A stretch of 64,000 nt of DNA from Escherichia coli (GCF_002854065.1 NZ_CP024147.1); one strand, 5' to 3'. Counted from the first letter of the stretch, positions 1 to 16,882 are shown. Notes: a model not told the origin generated them from the letters alone. A program made the numbers and translations.

Positions 1-1
1 G

Positions 2-655
2 GGGCAAATTCGCGATAATCTGGAGATTAAGTCTTACATGATTACCTCCAATGGTGCGCGCGTTCACGATCTGGATGGTAATCTGATTTTTGCTCATAAC
101 CTGGATCGCGACATTGCCAGCGATCTGTTTGGCGTAGTCAACGACAATCCGGACATCATTACTAACGTTTATCGCGACGACGAATGGTTTATGAATCGCC
201 ATCGCCCGGAAGAGATGCGCTTTTTTAAAGAAGCGGTGTTCAAATATGCGCTGTATGAGCCTGGATTACTGGAGCCGGAAGGCGTCAGCAAAGTGTTCTT
301 CACCTGCGATTCCCATGAACAACTGCTGCCGCTGGAGCAGGCGATTAACGCTCGTTGGGGCGATCGCGTCAACGTCAGTTTCTCTACCTTAACCTGTCTG
401 GAAGTGATGGCGGGCGGCGTTTCAAAAGGCCATGCGCTGGAAGCGGTGGCGAAGAAACTGGGCTACAGCCTGAAGGATTGTATTGCGTTTGGTGACGGGA
501 TGAACGATGCCGAAATGCTGTCGATGGCGGGGAAAGGCTGCATTATGGGCAGTGCGCACCAGCGTCTGAAAGACCTTCATCCCGAGCTGGAAGTGATTGG
601 TACTAATGCCGACGACGCGGTGTCGCATTATCTGCGTAAACTCTATTTATCGTAA
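2..655 (+). CDS. yigL: Cof-type HAD sugar phosphatase YigL (5' end upstream of window)
   Basis: ORF 38..655 is in frame with coding sequence that runs back to position 2; HAD-type GDGMND motif; sits upstream of yigM-metR-metE. Confidence 0.85.
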   Translation, partial: GQIRDNLEIKSYMITSNGARVHDLDGNLIFAHNLDRDIASDLFGVVNDNPDIITNVYRDDEWFMNRHRPEEMRFFKEAVFKYALYEPGLLEPEGVSKVFFTCDSHEQLLPLEQAINARWGDRVNVSFSTLTCLEVMAGGVSKGHALEAVAKKLGYSLKDCIAFGDGMNDAEMLSMAGKGCIMGSAHQRLKDLHPELEVIGTNADDAVSHYLRKLYLS

Positions 656-730
656 TCGTTCTTTATTTGGTCAGTTGTCAACCTGATACTTCGCTACAAT
701 GGATACTCGTTAATCAAAGAGTTTTCCATT

Positions 731-1630
731 GTGGCGCTACTTATCATCACCACGATTCTGTGGGCCTTCTCCTTTAGCTTTTATGGCGAGTACCTTGCGG
801 GGCACGTCGATAGCTATTTTGCGGTGCTGGTGCGCGTTGGCCTGGCGGCACTCGTTTTTCTGCCGTTTCTGCGTACCCGTGGCAATAGCCTGAAAACAGT
901 CGGCCTGTATATGCTGGTGGGCGCGATGCAGCTCGGCGTGATGTATATGCTGAGTTTCCGCGCTTATCTCTACCTGACGGTTTCCGAACTGCTGCTGTTC
1001 ACCGTACTGACGCCGCTCTACATCACGCTGATTTATGACATCATGAGTAAGCGCCGTCTGCGCTGGGGATATGCTTTTAGTGCCTTGTTGGCGGTGATTG
1101 GTGCCGGGATTATTCGCTATGATCAGGTCACCGACCATTTCTGGACTGGCTTGTTGCTGGTGCAACTCTCCAATATCACTTTTGCCATCGGCATGGTGGG
1201 TTACAAACGCCTGATGGAAACTCGCCCGATGCCGCAGCATAACGCCTTTGCGTGGTTCTATCTTGGCGCGTTCCTGGTGGCGGTAATTGCATGGTTCTTG
1301 CTGGGAAATGCGCAGAAAATGCCGCAAACCACGTTGCAATGGAGCATTCTGGTGTTTCTTGGCGTGGTGGCTTCCGGGATTGGCTACTTTATGTGGAACT
1401 ACGGCGCGACGCAGGTGGACGCCGGAACGCTGGGCATTATGAATAATATGCACGTTCCGGCAGGGCTGCTGGTAAACCTGGCTATCTGGCACCAACAGCC
1501 GCACTGGCCAACGTTTATTACAGGCGCGCTGGTGATCCTGGCCTCACTGTGGGTGCATCGTAAGTGGGTCGCTCCGCGCTCTTCACAAACGGCAGATGAT
1601 CGCAGGCGTGATTGCGCGCTGAGCGAATAA
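731..1630 (+). CDS. yigM: EamA/DMT-family membrane transporter YigM (biotin transporter BioP)
   Basis: 299-aa hydrophobic multi-TM ORF with GTG start; 3' end overlaps the convergent metR. Confidence 0.8.
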   Translation: MALLIITTILWAFSFSFYGEYLAGHVDSYFAVLVRVGLAALVFLPFLRTRGNSLKTVGLYMLVGAMQLGVMYMLSFRAYLYLTVSELLLFTVLTPLYITLIYDIMSKRRLRWGYAFSALLAVIGAGIIRYDQVTDHFWTGLLLVQLSNITFAIGMVGYKRLMETRPMPQHNAFAWFYLGAFLVAVIAWFLLGNAQKMPQTTLQWSILVFLGVVASGIGYFMWNYGATQVDAGTLGIMNNMHVPAGLLVNLAIWHQQPHWPTFITGALVILASLWVHRKWVAPRSSQTADDRRRDCALSE

Positions 1631-2471
1631 ATGCTTCTGTAATCGGCTGACGCTGCTCGCCATCGCGCACGGCGGCGTACAGCCGGCTCCACAAGCCTTC
1701 GCCCAGGGTTTTTGTCACCACCAGATCCTGGCGCTCAAAACTCTCTACTACCCAATGTGGTAGCGCGGCAATACCCATCCGCGCGGCAACCATCTGAATC
1801 AACAATAAGGTGTTATCGACGCTTTTCAGTGACGGGCTGACGCCTGCCGGCTGAAGAAAATGCCGCCAGACATCCAGTCGGCTACGCTGCACCGGATAAA
1901 TCAACAGCGTCTCGCTGGCGAGATCTTCCGGTGTAATACGCGTTTTTGCCGCCAGTGGATGGTCAGGTGCTAACACCAGGCGTACTTCATAATCGAACAT
2001 CGGCGAATAATGCAGGCCACTGCGCGGCAGGATATCGGAGGTCATCACCAGATCCAGCTCGCCCTGTTGCAACGCGGGCTGCGGGTCAAACGTCACGCCC
2101 GATTTAAAATCCATCTCTACCTGCGGCCAGTTCTTATGGAAATTTTCTAACGCGGGTGTCAGCCACTGAATACAGCTATGGCACTCAATGGCAATGCGCA
2201 GACGCGTCTGCTGCGGTTCATTGCAGGCTTGCAGTGCCTGGCTGATTTGCGGCAGCACCTGGTTTGCCAGTTGCAACAGGATTTCTCCCTGCGGTGTAAA
2301 GCGTAGCGGCTGGCTCTTACGCACAAATAGCCGGAAGCCAAGGCGTTGTTCCAGATCGCTAAACTGGTGAGACAGGGCGGATTGCGTCTGATGCAACGTC
2401 GCCGCAGCGGCTGCGAGAGAGCCGCAGTTCCGCAACGCTTGTAGCGTTTTCAGGTGTTTTACTTCGATCAT
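1518..2471 (-). CDS. metR: LysR-family transcriptional activator MetR
   Basis: 317-aa ORF with N-terminal HTH ([36 protein letters not shown]); divergent from metE. Confidence 0.92.
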   Translation of the reverse strand: MIEVKHLKTLQALRNCGSLAAAAATLHQTQSALSHQFSDLEQRLGFRLFVRKSQPLRFTPQGEILLQLANQVLPQISQALQACNEPQQTRLRIAIECHSCIQWLTPALENFHKNWPQVEMDFKSGVTFDPQPALQQGELDLVMTSDILPRSGLHYSPMFDYEVRLVLAPDHPLAAKTRITPEDLASETLLIYPVQRSRLDVWRHFLQPAGVSPSLKSVDNTLLLIQMVAARMGIAALPHWVVESFERQDLVVTKTLGEGLWSRLYAAVRDGEQRQPITEAFIRSARNHACDHLPFVKSAERPTYDAPTVRPGSPARL

Positions 2472-2706
2472 GAAAGTCCTTCACTTCGGCATGAATAATT
2501 TGCGCTTGAGGAATATACAGTAACCGCCAATTATGGATGTGTAAACATCTGGACGGCTAAAATCCTTCGTCTTTTAAATTTATGGTGCGTTGGCTGCGTT
2601 TCTCCACCCCGGTCACTTACTTCAGTAAGCTCCCGGGGATGAATAAACTTGCCGCCTTCCCTAAATTCAAAATCCATAGGATTTACATATAATTAGAGGA
2701 AGAAAA
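2472..2706. promoter_or_regulatory. metR-metE divergent control region with degenerate tandem MetJ boxes (about 2545..2572) and expected MetR site
   Basis: Intergenic between divergent metR and metE; acatctggacggctaaaatccttcgtct resembles repeated AGACGTCT met boxes. Confidence 0.45.
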
Positions 2707-4968
2707 ATGACAATATTGAATCACACCCTCGGTTTCCCTCGCGTTGGCCTGCGTCGCGAGCTGAAAAAAGCGCAAGAGAGTTATTGGGCGGGGAACTCCA
2801 CGCGTGAAGAACTGCTGGCGGTAGGGCGTGAATTGCGTGCTCGTCACTGGGATCAACAAAAGCAAGCGGGTATCGACCTGCTGCCGGTGGGCGATTTTGC
2901 CTGGTACGATCATGTACTGACCACCAGTCTGCTGCTGGGTAACGTTCCAGCGCGTCATCAGAACAAAGATGGTTCGGTAGATATCGACACCCTGTTCCGT
3001 ATTGGTCGTGGACGTGCGCCGACTGGCGAACCTGCGGCGGCAGCGGAAATGACCAAATGGTTTAACACCAACTATCACTACATGGTGCCGGAGTTCGTTA
3101 AGGGCCAACAGTTCAAACTGACCTGGACGCAGCTGCTGGAGGAAGTGGACGAGGCGCTGGCGCTGGGCCACAAGGTGAAACCTGTGCTGCTGGGGCCGGT
3201 TACCTGGCTGTGGCTGGGGAAAGTGAAAGGTGAACAGTTTGATCGCCTGAGCCTGCTGAACGACATTCTGCCGGTTTATCAGCAAGTGCTGGCAGAACTG
3301 GCGAAACGCGGTATTGAGTGGGTACAGATCGACGAACCCGCGCTGGTACTGGAACTACCACAGGCGTGGCTGGACGCATACAAACCCGCTTACGACGCGC
3401 TCCAGGGACAGGTGAAACTGCTGCTGACCACCTATTTTGAAGGCGTAACGCCAAATCTCGACACGATTACTGCGCTGCCTGTTCAGGGGCTGCATGTGGA
3501 CCTTGTACATGGTAAAGATGACGTTGTTGAACTGCACAAGCGCCTGCCTTCTGACTGGCTGCTGTCTGCGGGTCTGATCAATGGTCGTAACGTCTGGCGC
3601 GCCGATCTTACTGAGAAATATGCGCAAATTAAGGACATTGTCGGCAAACGTGATTTGTGGGTGGCATCTTCCTGCTCGTTGCTGCACAGCCCCATCGACC
3701 TGAGCGTGGAAACGCGTCTTGATGCAGAAGTGAAAAGCTGGTTTGCCTTCGCCCTACAAAAATGCCATGAACTGGCACTGCTGCGCGATGCGCTGAACAG
3801 TGGTGACACGGCAGCTCTGGCAGAGTGGAGCGCCCCAATTCAGGCGCGTCGTCACTCTACTCGTGTACATAATCCGGCGGTAGAAAAGCGTCTGGCGGCG
3901 ATCACCGCCCAGGACAGCCAGCGTGCGAATGTCTATGAAGTGCGTGCTGAAGCCCAGCGTGCGCGTTTTAAACTGCCAGCGTGGCCGACCACCACGATTG
4001 GTTCCTTCCCGCAAACCACGGAAATTCGTACCCTGCGTCTGGATTTCAAAAAGGGCAATCTCGACGCCAATAACTACCGCACGGGCATTGCGGAACATAT
4101 CAGGCAGGCCATTGTTGAACAGGAACGTTTGGGACTGGATGTGCTGGTACATGGCGAGGCCGAGCGTAATGACATGGTGGAATACTTTGGCGAGCACCTC
4201 GACGGGTTTGTCTTTACGCAAAACGGTTGGGTACAGAGCTACGGTTCCCGCTGCGTGAAGCCACCGATTGTTATTGGTGACGTTAGTCGCCCGGCACCGA
4301 TTACCGTGGAGTGGGCGAAGTATGCGCAATCGCTGACTGATAAACCGGTGAAAGGGATGCTGACTGGCCCGGTGACCATTCTCTGCTGGTCGTTCCCGCG
4401 TGAAGATGTCAGCCGTGAAACTATCGCCAAACAAATTGCGCTGGCGCTGCGTGATGAAGTGGCGGACCTGGAAGCCGCAGGAATTGGCATCATCCAGATT
4501 GATGAACCGGCGCTGCGCGAAGGTTTACCGCTGCGTCGTAGCGACTGGGATGCATATCTCCAGTGGGGCGTGGAGGCCTTCCGTATCAACGCCGCCGTGG
4601 CGAAAGATGACACACAAATCCACACTCACATGTGTTATTGCGAGTTCAACGACATCATGGATTCGATTGCGGCACTGGATGCAGACGTCATCACCATCGA
4701 AACCTCGCGTTCCGACATGGAGTTGCTGGAGTCGTTTGAAGAGTTTGATTATCCGAATGAAATCGGTCCAGGCGTCTATGACATTCACTCGCCAAACGTA
4801 CCGAGCGTAGAATGGATTGAAGCCTTGCTGAAGAAAGCGGCAAAACGCATTCCGGCAGAGCGCCTGTGGGTCAACCCGGACTGTGGCCTGAAAACGCGCG
4901 GCTGGCCAGAAACCCGCGCGGCACTGGCGAACATGGTGCAGGCGGCGCAGAACTTGCGTCGGGGGTAA
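2707..4968 (+). CDS. metE: Cobalamin-independent methionine synthase
   Basis: 753-aa ORF; SD aggaag upstream; position and size match MetE. Confidence 0.95.
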   Translation: MTILNHTLGFPRVGLRRELKKAQESYWAGNSTREELLAVGRELRARHWDQQKQAGIDLLPVGDFAWYDHVLTTSLLLGNVPARHQNKDGSVDIDTLFRIGRGRAPTGEPAAAAEMTKWFNTNYHYMVPEFVKGQQFKLTWTQLLEEVDEALALGHKVKPVLLGPVTWLWLGKVKGEQFDRLSLLNDILPVYQQVLAELAKRGIEWVQIDEPALVLELPQAWLDAYKPAYDALQGQVKLLLTTYFEGVTPNLDTITALPVQGLHVDLVHGKDDVVELHKRLPSDWLLSAGLINGRNVWRADLTEKYAQIKDIVGKRDLWVASSCSLLHSPIDLSVETRLDAEVKSWFAFALQKCHELALLRDALNSGDTAALAEWSAPIQARRHSTRVHNPAVEKRLAAITAQDSQRANVYEVRAEAQRARFKLPAWPTTTIGSFPQTTEIRTLRLDFKKGNLDANNYRTGIAEHIRQAIVEQERLGLDVLVHGEAERNDMVEYFGEHLDGFVFTQNGWVQSYGSRCVKPPIVIGDVSRPAPITVEWAKYAQSLTDKPVKGMLTGPVTILCWSFPREDVSRETIAKQIALALRDEVADLEAAGIGIIQIDEPALREGLPLRRSDWDAYLQWGVEAFRINAAVAKDDTQIHTHMCYCEFNDIMDSIAALDADVITIETSRSDMELLESFEEFDYPNEIGPGVYDIHSPNVPSVEWIEALLKKAAKRIPAERLWVNPDCGLKTRGWPETRAALANMVQAAQNLRRG

Positions 4969-5007
4969 AATCCAAACCGGGTGGTAATACCACCCGGTCT
5001 TTTCTCA

Positions 5008-5823
5008 TTACAGCGACTTCTTCCCACCATACTGCTTAAACCATTCCAGCATACGCTGCCAGCCATCTTTCGCAGATTCGGCATGATAGCTCGGGCGATA
5101 ATCAGCGTTGAATGCATGCCCGGCGTCCGGGTACACGATAATCTCTGCTTTCGCATTAGCAGCCCGCAGCGCCTGGCGCATGGTTTCAACGCTCTCCTGC
5201 GGAATACTGTTATCCAGACCGCCATATAAGCCGAGAACCGGCGCGTTAAGATCGGTTGCGATATCAACAGGTTGTTTCGGTGAATTCAGCGACTTATCGC
5301 CCGTCAGTTTGCCGTACCACGCCACTGCGGCTTTTAGCTGTGGATTATGCGCGGCATACAGCCAAGTGATACGTCCACCCCAGCAGAATCCGGTGATCAT
5401 TAAACGATGAACATCGCCGCCGTTGCGGGAAGCCCAACTGGCGACATGATCGAGATCGGCCAGCACCTGCGAGTCAGGCACTTTTGCTACCAGACCGCTA
5501 AGCAACGTGGGGATATCGGCAAAATCATTCGGATCGCCTTCGCGGAAGTAAAGTTCAGGTGCGATAGCCAGATACCCCTCCAGCGCCAGACGGCGACAAA
5601 TGTCGCGGATATGTTCATGCACGCCAAAAATTTCCTGCACTACAATGACCACTGGCAGTGGGCCATCGCTTTGCTTTGGTCTGGCATGGTAAGCAGGCAT
5701 GTTATCCCCTTGTGAAGGGATAGAGGTGAAGCCCGCCACAATCGCGTCGTCCGGGGTCTGAACGATGGTCGAAGCGAGAGGCGATGCAGCAGGTGCAAAT
5801 CCAGATTGTTGTGTTGTTGCCAT
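5008..5823 (-). CDS. ysgA: Dienelactone-hydrolase-family protein YsgA
   Basis: ORF 5008..5889 trimmed to the Met (MATTQQSG) preceded by an SD, giving 271 aa. Confidence 0.75.
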   Translation of the reverse strand: MATTQQSGFAPAASPLASTIVQTPDDAIVAGFTSIPSQGDNMPAYHARPKQSDGPLPVVIVVQEIFGVHEHIRDICRRLALEGYLAIAPELYFREGDPNDFADIPTLLSGLVAKVPDSQVLADLDHVASWASRNGGDVHRLMITGFCWGGRITWLYAAHNPQLKAAVAWYGKLTGDKSLNSPKQPVDIATDLNAPVLGLYGGLDNSIPQESVETMRQALRAANAKAEIIVYPDAGHAFNADYRPSYHAESAKDGWQRMLEWFKQYGGKKSL

Positions 5824-6084
5824 GGTATTCTCCGTACCCTTATAAAAATGTTGCGCAATGTTAACTATAGTCAGCATGCAACAAATCACATTGCCTGAAT
5901 CGGCTCATCTTTTATGCAGTCCTGCAGAATGAAGAGTGATTTATGTGATTTGCATCACTTTTGGTGGGTAAATTTATGCAACGCATTTGCGTCATGGTGA
6001 TGAGTATCACGAAAAAATGTTAAACCCTTCGGTAAAGTGTCTTTTTGCTTCTTCTGACTAAACCGATTCACAGAGGAGTTGTAT

Positions 6085-6846
6085 ATGTCCAAGTCTGATG
6101 TTTTTCATCTCGGCCTCACTAAAAACGATTTACAAGGGGCTACGCTTGCCATCGTCCCTGGCGACCCGGATCGTGTGGAAAAGATCGCCGCGCTGATGGA
6201 TAAGCCGGTTAAGCTGGCATCTCACCGCGAATTCACTACCTGGCGTGCAGAGCTGGATGGTAAACCTGTTATCGTCTGCTCTACCGGTATCGGCGGCCCG
6301 TCTACCTCTATTGCTGTTGAAGAGCTGGCACAGCTGGGCATTCGCACCTTCCTGCGTATCGGTACAACGGGCGCTATTCAGCCGCATATTAATGTGGGTG
6401 ATGTCCTGGTTACCACGGCGTCTGTCCGTCTGGATGGCGCGAGCCTGCACTTCGCACCGCTGGAATTCCCGGCTGTCGCTGATTTCGAATGTACGACTGC
6501 GCTGGTTGAAGCTGCGAAATCCATTGGCGCGACAACTCACGTTGGCGTGACAGCTTCTTCTGATACCTTCTACCCAGGTCAGGAACGTTACGATACTTAC
6601 TCTGGTCGCGTAGTTCGTCACTTTAAAGGTTCTATGGAAGAGTGGCAGGCGATGGGCGTAATGAACTATGAAATGGAATCTGCAACCCTGCTGACCATGT
6701 GTGCAAGTCAGGGCCTGCGTGCCGGTATGGTAGCGGGTGTTATCGTTAACCGCACCCAGCAAGAGATCCCGAATGCTGAGACGATGAAACAAACTGAAAG
6801 CCAAGCGGTGAAAATCGTGGTGGAAGCGGCGCGTCGTCTGCTGTAA
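6085..6846 (+). CDS. udp: Uridine phosphorylase
   Basis: ORF trimmed to [11 protein letters not shown] with SD gaggag upstream; 253 aa. Confidence 0.92.
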   Translation: MSKSDVFHLGLTKNDLQGATLAIVPGDPDRVEKIAALMDKPVKLASHREFTTWRAELDGKPVIVCSTGIGGPSTSIAVEELAQLGIRTFLRIGTTGAIQPHINVGDVLVTTASVRLDGASLHFAPLEFPAVADFECTTALVEAAKSIGATTHVGVTASSDTFYPGQERYDTYSGRVVRHFKGSMEEWQAMGVMNYEMESATLLTMCASQGLRAGMVAGVIVNRTQQEIPNAETMKQTESQAVKIVVEAARRLL

Positions 6847-6986
6847 TTCTCTTCTCCTGTCTGAAGGCCGACGCGTTCGGCCTTTTGTATTTTTGCGTAG
6901 CGCCTCGCAGGAAATGCCTTTCCAACTGGACGTTTGTACAGCACAATTCTATTTTGTGCGGGTAAGTTGTTGCGTCAGGAGGCGTT

Positions 6987-8414
6987 GTGGATTTCTCAAT
7001 CATGGTTTACGCAGTTATTGCGTTGGTGGGTGTGGCAATTGGCTGGCTGTTTGCCAGTTATCAACATGCGCAGCAAAAAGCCGAGCAATTAGCTGAACGT
7101 GAAGAGATGGTCGCGGAGTTAAGCGCGGCAAAACAACAAATTACCCAAAGCGAGCACTGGCGTGCAGAGTGCGAGTTACTCAATAACGAAGTGCGCAGCC
7201 TGCAAAGTATTAACACCTCTCTGGAGGCCGATCTGCGTGAAGTAACCACGCGGATGGAAGCCGCACAGCAACATGCTGACGATAAAATTCGCCAGATGAT
7301 TAACAGCGAGCAGCGCCTCAGTGAGCAGTTTGAAAACCTCGCCAACCGTATTTTTGAGCACAGCAATCGCCGGGTTGATGAGCAAAACCGTCAGAGTCTG
7401 AACAGCCTGTTGTCGCCGCTACGTGAACAACTGGACGGTTTCCGCCGTCAGGTTCAGGACAGCTTCGGTAAAGAAGCACAAGAACGCCATACCCTGACCC
7501 ACGAAATTCGCAATCTCCAGCAACTCAACGCGCAAATGGCCCAGGAAGCGATCAACCTGACGCGCGCGCTGAAAGGCGACAATAAAACCCAGGGCAACTG
7601 GGGCGAGGTAGTATTGACGCGGGTGCTGGAGGCTTCCGGTCTGCGTGAAGGGTATGAATATGAAACCCAGGTCAGCATCGAAAATGACGCCCGCTCGCGG
7701 ATGCAGCCGGATGTCATCGTGCGGCTGCCGCAGGGAAAAGATGTGGTGATCGACGCCAAAATGACGCTGGTCGCCTATGAACGCTATTTTAACGCCGAAG
7801 ACGACTACACCCGCGAAAGCGCGCTACAGGAACATATCGCGTCGGTGCGTAACCATATCCGTTTGCTGGGACGCAAAGATTATCAACAGCTGCCGGGGCT
7901 GCGAACTCTGGATTACGTGCTGATGTTTATTCCCGTTGAACCCGCTTTTTTACTGGCGCTTGACCGCCAGCCGGAGCTGATCACCGAAGCGTTGAAAAAC
8001 AATATCATGCTGGTTAGCCCGACTACGCTGCTGGTGGCGCTGCGCACTATCGCCAACCTGTGGCGTTATGAGCATCAAAGCCGCAACGCCCAGCAAATCG
8101 CCGATCGTGCCAGCAAGCTGTACGACAAGATGCGTTTGTTCATCGATGACATGTCCGCGATTGGTCAAAGTCTCGACAAAGCGCAGGATAACTATCGGCA
8201 GGCAATGAAAAAACTCTCTTCAGGGCGCGGAAATGTGCTGGCGCAGGCAGAAGCGTTTCGCGGTTTAGGAGTAGAAATTAAACGCGAGATTAATCCGGAT
8301 TTGGCTGAACAGGCGGTGAGCCAGGATGAAGAGTATCGACTTCGGTCGGTTCCGGAGCAGCCGAATGATGAAGCTTATCAACGCGATGATGAATATAATC
8401 AGCAGTCGCGCTAG
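6987..8414 (+). CDS. rmuC: DNA recombination protein RmuC
   Basis: 475-aa ORF with GTG start, N-terminal TM segment followed by coiled-coil region. Confidence 0.85.
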   Translation: MDFSIMVYAVIALVGVAIGWLFASYQHAQQKAEQLAEREEMVAELSAAKQQITQSEHWRAECELLNNEVRSLQSINTSLEADLREVTTRMEAAQQHADDKIRQMINSEQRLSEQFENLANRIFEHSNRRVDEQNRQSLNSLLSPLREQLDGFRRQVQDSFGKEAQERHTLTHEIRNLQQLNAQMAQEAINLTRALKGDNKTQGNWGEVVLTRVLEASGLREGYEYETQVSIENDARSRMQPDVIVRLPQGKDVVIDAKMTLVAYERYFNAEDDYTRESALQEHIASVRNHIRLLGRKDYQQLPGLRTLDYVLMFIPVEPAFLLALDRQPELITEALKNNIMLVSPTTLLVALRTIANLWRYEHQSRNAQQIADRASKLYDKMRLFIDDMSAIGQSLDKAQDNYRQAMKKLSSGRGNVLAQAEAFRGLGVEIKREINPDLAEQAVSQDEEYRLRSVPEQPNDEAYQRDDEYNQQSR

Positions 8415-8508
8415 CCCATTGGGAGTAGTTAAGCCGGGTAGAAATCTAGGGCATCGACGCCCAATCTGTTACACTTCTGGAACAATTTTTTGATGAGCAG
8501 GCATTGAG

Positions 8509-9264
8509 ATGGTGGATAAGTCACAAGAAACGACGCACTTTGGTTTTCAGACCGTCGCGAAGGAACAAAAAGCGGATATGGTCGCCCACGTTTTCCATTC
8601 CGTGGCATCAAAATACGATGTCATGAATGATTTGATGTCATTTGGTATTCATCGTTTGTGGAAGCGATTCACGATTGATTGCAGCGGCGTACGCCGTGGG
8701 CAGACCGTGCTGGATCTGGCTGGTGGCACCGGCGACCTGACAGCGAAATTCTCCCGCCTGGTCGGAGAAACTGGCAAAGTGGTCCTTGCTGATATCAATG
8801 AATCCATGCTCAAAATGGGCCGCGAGAAGCTGCGTAATATCGGTGTGATTGGCAACGTTGAGTATGTTCAGGCGAACGCTGAGGCGCTGCCGTTCCCGGA
8901 TAACACCTTTGATTGCATCACCATTTCGTTTGGCCTGCGTAACGTCACCGACAAAGATAAAGCACTGCGTTCAATGTATCGCGTGCTGAAACCCGGCGGC
9001 CGCCTGCTGGTGCTTGAGTTCTCGAAGCCAATTATCGAGCCGCTGAGCAAAGCCTATGATGCATACTCCTTCCATGTGCTGCCGCGTATTGGCTCACTGG
9101 TCGCGAACGACGCCGACAGCTACCGTTATCTGGCAGAATCCATCCGTATGCATCCCGATCAGGATACCCTGAAAGCCATGATGCAGGATGCCGGATTCGA
9201 AAGTGTCGACTACTACAATCTGACGGCAGGGGTTGTGGCGCTGCATCGTGGTTATAAGTTCTGA
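8509..9264 (+). CDS. ubiE: Ubiquinone/menaquinone C-methyltransferase UbiE
   Basis: 251-aa ORF with SAM-binding motif LDLAGGTGD. Confidence 0.92.
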
Positions 9265-9277
9265 CAGGAGACCGGAA

Positions 9278-11520
<2,243 letters not shown>

Positions 11521-11598
11521 TTTTTTCATCGCTCAAGGCGGGCCGTGTAACGTATAATGCGGCCTTGTTTAATCATCATCTACCACAGAGGAACATGT

Positions 11599-11868
11599 AT
11601 GGGTGGTATCAGTATTTGGCAGTTATTGATTATTGCCGTCATCGTTGTACTGCTTTTTGGCACCAAAAAGCTCGGCTCCATCGGTTCCGATCTTGGTGCG
11701 TCGATCAAAGGCTTTAAAAAAGCAATGAGCGATGATGAACCAAAGCAGGATAAAACCAGTCAGGATGCTGATTTTACTGCGAAAACTATCGCCGATAAGC
11801 AGGCGGATACGAATCAGGAACAGGCTAAAACAGAAGACGCGAAGCGCCACGATAAAGAGCAGGTGTAA
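11599..11868 (+). CDS. tatA: Twin-arginine translocase subunit TatA
   Basis: ORF trimmed to [29 protein letters not shown]; 89 aa. Confidence 0.92.
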   Translation: MGGISIWQLLIIAVIVVLLFGTKKLGSIGSDLGASIKGFKKAMSDDEPKQDKTSQDADFTAKTIADKQADTNQEQAKTEDAKRHDKEQV

Positions 11869-11871
11869 TCC

Positions 11872-12387
11872 GTGTTTGATATCGGTTTTAGCGAACTGCT
11901 ATTGGTGTTCATCATCGGCCTCGTCGTTCTGGGGCCGCAACGACTGCCTGTGGCGGTAAAAACGGTAGCGGGCTGGATTCGCGCGTTGCGTTCACTGGCG
12001 ACAACGGTGCAGAACGAACTGACCCAGGAGTTAAAACTCCAGGAGTTTCAGGACAGTCTGAAAAAGGTTGAAAAGGCGAGCCTCACTAACCTGACGCCCG
12101 AACTGAAAGCGTCGATGGATGAACTACGCCAGGCCGCGGAGTCGATGAAGCGTTCCTACGTTGCAAACGATCCAGAAAAGGCGAGCGATGAAGCGCACAC
12201 CATCCATAACCCGGTGGTGAAAGATAATGAAGCTGCGCATGAGGGCGTAACGCCTGCCGCTGCACAAACGCAGGCCAGTTCGCCGGAACAGAAGCCAGAA
12301 ACCACGCCAGAGCCGGTGGTAAAACCTGCTGCGGACGCTGAACCGAAAACCGCTGCACCTTCCCCTTCGTCGAGTGATAAACCGTAA
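11872..12387 (+). CDS. tatB: Twin-arginine translocase subunit TatB
   Basis: 171-aa ORF with GTG start ([26 protein letters not shown]). Confidence 0.92.
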
Positions 12388-12389
12388 AC

Positions 12390-13166
12390 ATGTCTGTAGA
12401 AGATACTCAACCGCTTATCACGCATCTGATTGAGCTGCGTAAGCGTCTGCTGAACTGCATTATCGCGGTGATCGTGATATTCCTGTGTCTGGTCTATTTC
12501 GCCAATGACATCTATCACCTGGTATCCGCGCCATTGATCAAGCAGTTGCCGCAAGGTTCAACGATGATCGCCACCGACGTGGCCTCGCCGTTCTTTACGC
12601 CGATCAAGCTGACCTTTATGGTGTCGCTGATTCTGTCAGCGCCGGTGATTCTCTATCAGGTGTGGGCATTTATCGCCCCAGCGCTGTATAAGCATGAACG
12701 TCGCCTGGTGGTGCCGCTGCTGGTTTCCAGCTCTCTGCTGTTTTATATCGGCATGGCGTTCGCCTACTTTGTGGTCTTTCCGCTGGCATTTGGCTTCCTT
12801 GCCAATACCGCGCCGGAAGGGGTGCAGGTATCCACCGACATCGCCAGCTATTTAAGCTTCGTTATGGCGCTGTTTATGGCGTTTGGTGTCTCCTTTGAAG
12901 TGCCGGTGGCAATTGTGCTGCTGTGCTGGATGGGGATTACCTCGCCAGAAGACTTACGCAAAAAACGCCCGTATGTGCTGGTTGGTGCATTCGTTGTCGG
13001 GATGTTGCTGACGCCGCCGGATGTCTTCTCGCAAACGCTGTTGGCGATCCCGATGTACTGTCTGTTTGAAATCGGTGTCTTCTTCTCACGCTTTTACGTT
13101 GGTAAAGGGCGAAATCGGGAAGAGGAAAACGACGCTGAAGCAGAAAGCGAAAAAACTGAAGAATAA
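12390..13166 (+). CDS. tatC: Twin-arginine translocase subunit TatC
   Basis: 258-aa polytopic membrane ORF immediately after tatB. Confidence 0.92.
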
Positions 13167-13207
13167 ATTCAACCGCCCGTCAGGGCGGTTGTCATATGGA
13201 GTACAGG

Positions 13208-14520
<1,313 letters not shown>

Positions 14521-14641
14521 TTACGCTAAGTTAATTATATTCCCCGGTTTGCGTTATACCGTCAGAGTTCACGCTAATTTAACAAATTTACAGCATCGCA
14601 AAGATGAACGCCGTATAATGGGCGCAGATTAAGAGGCTACA

Positions 14642-16135
14642 ATGGACGCCATGAAATATAACGATTTACGCGACTTCTTGACGCTGCTTGAACAGCAGGG
14701 TGAGCTAAAACGTATCACGCTCCCGGTGGATCCGCATCTGGAAATCACTGAAATTGCTGACCGCACTTTGCGTGCCGGTGGGCCTGCGCTGTTATTCGAA
14801 AACCCTAAAGGCTACTCAATGCCGGTGCTGTGCAATCTGTTCGGTACGCCAAAGCGCGTGGCGATGGGCATGGGGCAGGAAGATGTTTCGGCGCTGCGTG
14901 AAGTTGGTAAATTATTGGCGTTTCTGAAAGAGCCGGAGCCGCCAAAAGGTTTCCGCGACCTGTTTGATAAACTGCCGCAGTTTAAGCAAGTATTGAACAT
15001 GCCGACAAAGCGGCTGCGCGGTGCGCCTTGCCAACAAAAAATCGTCTCTGGCGATGACGTCGATCTCAATCGCATTCCCATTATGACCTGCTGGCCGGAA
15101 GATGCCGCGCCGCTGATTACCTGGGGGCTGACCGTAACGCGCGGCCCGCATAAAGAGCGGCAGAATCTGGGCATTTATCGCCAGCAGCTGATTGGTAAAA
15201 ACAAACTGATTATGCGCTGGCTGTCGCATCGCGGCGGCGCGCTGGATTATCAGGAGTGGTGTGCGGCGCATCCGGGCGAACGTTTCCCGGTTTCTGTGGC
15301 GCTGGGTGCCGATCCCGCCACGATTCTCGGTGCAGTCACCCCCGTTCCGGATACGCTTTCAGAGTATGCGTTTGCCGGATTGCTACGCGGCACCAAAACC
15401 GAAGTAGTAAAGTGTATCTCCAATGACCTTGAAGTGCCCGCCAGTGCGGAGATTGTGCTGGAAGGGTATATCGAACAAGGCGAAACTGCGCCGGAAGGGC
15501 CGTATGGCGACCACACCGGTTACTATAATGAAGTCGATAGTTTCCCGGTATTTACCGTGACGCATATTACCCAGCGTGAAGATGCGATTTACCATTCCAC
15601 CTATACCGGGCGTCCGCCAGATGAGCCCGCGGTGCTGGGTGTCGCACTGAACGAAGTGTTTGTGCCGATTCTGCAAAAACAGTTCCCGGAAATTGTCGAT
15701 TTTTACCTGCCGCCGGAAGGCTGCTCTTATCGCCTGGCGGTAGTGACAATCAAAAAACAGTACGCCGGACACGCGAAGCGCGTCATGATGGGCGTCTGGT
15801 CGTTCTTACGCCAGTTTATGTACACTAAATTTGTGATCGTTTGCGATGATGACGTTAACGCACGCGACTGGAACGATGTGATTTGGGCGATTACCACCCG
15901 TATGGACCCAGCGCGGGATACTGTTCTGGTAGAAAATACGCCTATTGATTATCTGGATTTTGCCTCGCCTGTCTCCGGGCTGGGTTCAAAAATGGGGCTG
16001 GATGCCACGAATAAATGGCCGGGGGAAACCCAGCGTGAATGGGGACGTCCCATCAAAAAAGATCCAGATGTTGTCGCACATATTGACGCCATCTGGGATG
16101 AACTGGCTATTTTTAACAACGGTAAAAGCGCCTGA
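14642..16135 (+). CDS. ubiD: 3-octaprenyl-4-hydroxybenzoate decarboxylase UbiD
   Basis: 497-aa ORF. Confidence 0.92.
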   Translation: MDAMKYNDLRDFLTLLEQQGELKRITLPVDPHLEITEIADRTLRAGGPALLFENPKGYSMPVLCNLFGTPKRVAMGMGQEDVSALREVGKLLAFLKEPEPPKGFRDLFDKLPQFKQVLNMPTKRLRGAPCQQKIVSGDDVDLNRIPIMTCWPEDAAPLITWGLTVTRGPHKERQNLGIYRQQLIGKNKLIMRWLSHRGGALDYQEWCAAHPGERFPVSVALGADPATILGAVTPVPDTLSEYAFAGLLRGTKTEVVKCISNDLEVPASAEIVLEGYIEQGETAPEGPYGDHTGYYNEVDSFPVFTVTHITQREDAIYHSTYTGRPPDEPAVLGVALNEVFVPILQKQFPEIVDFYLPPEGCSYRLAVVTIKKQYAGHAKRVMMGVWSFLRQFMYTKFVIVCDDDVNARDWNDVIWAITTRMDPARDTVLVENTPIDYLDFASPVSGLGSKMGLDATNKWPGETQREWGRPIKKDPDVVAHIDAIWDELAIFNNGKSA

Positions 16136-16180
16136 TGCGCGTTTGTTTTGCCCTATTTATCGATCCGACAGAGAAAGCGC

Positions 16181-16882
16181 ATGACAACCTTAAGCTGTAA
16201 AGTGACCTCGGTAGAAGCTATCACGGATACCGTATATCGTGTCCGCATCGTGCCAGACGCGGCCTTTTCTTTTCGTGCTGGTCAGTATTTGATGGTAGTG
16301 ATGGATGAGCGCGACAAACGTCCGTTCTCAATGGCCTCGACGCCGGATGAAAAAGGGTTTATCGAGCTGCATATTGGCGCTTCTGAAATCAACCTTTACG
16401 CGAAAGCAGTCATGGACCGCATCCTCAAAGATCATCAAATCGTGGTCGATATTCCCCACGGAGAAGCGTGGCTGCGCGATGATGAAGAGCGTCCGATGAT
16501 TTTGATTGCGGGCGGCACCGGGTTCTCTTATGCCCGCTCGATTTTGCTGACAGCGTTGGCGCGTAACCCAAACCGTGATATCACCATTTACTGGGGCGGG
16601 CGTGAAGAGCAGCATCTGTATGATCTCTGCGAGCTTGAGGCGCTTTCGTTGAAGCATCCTGGTCTGCAAGTGGTGCCGGTGGTTGAACAACCGGAAGCGG
16701 GCTGGCGTGGGCGTACTGGCACCGTGTTAACGGCGGTATTGCAGGATCACGGTACGCTGGCAGAGCATGATATCTATATTGCCGGACGTTTTGAGATGGC
16801 GAAAATTGCCCGTGACCTGTTTTGCAGTGAGCGTAATGCGCGGGAAGATCGCCTGTTTGGCGATGCGTTTGCATTTATCTGA
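16181..16882 (+). CDS. fre: NAD(P)H-flavin reductase Fre
   Basis: ORF trimmed to [21 protein letters not shown]; 233 aa. Confidence 0.9.
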
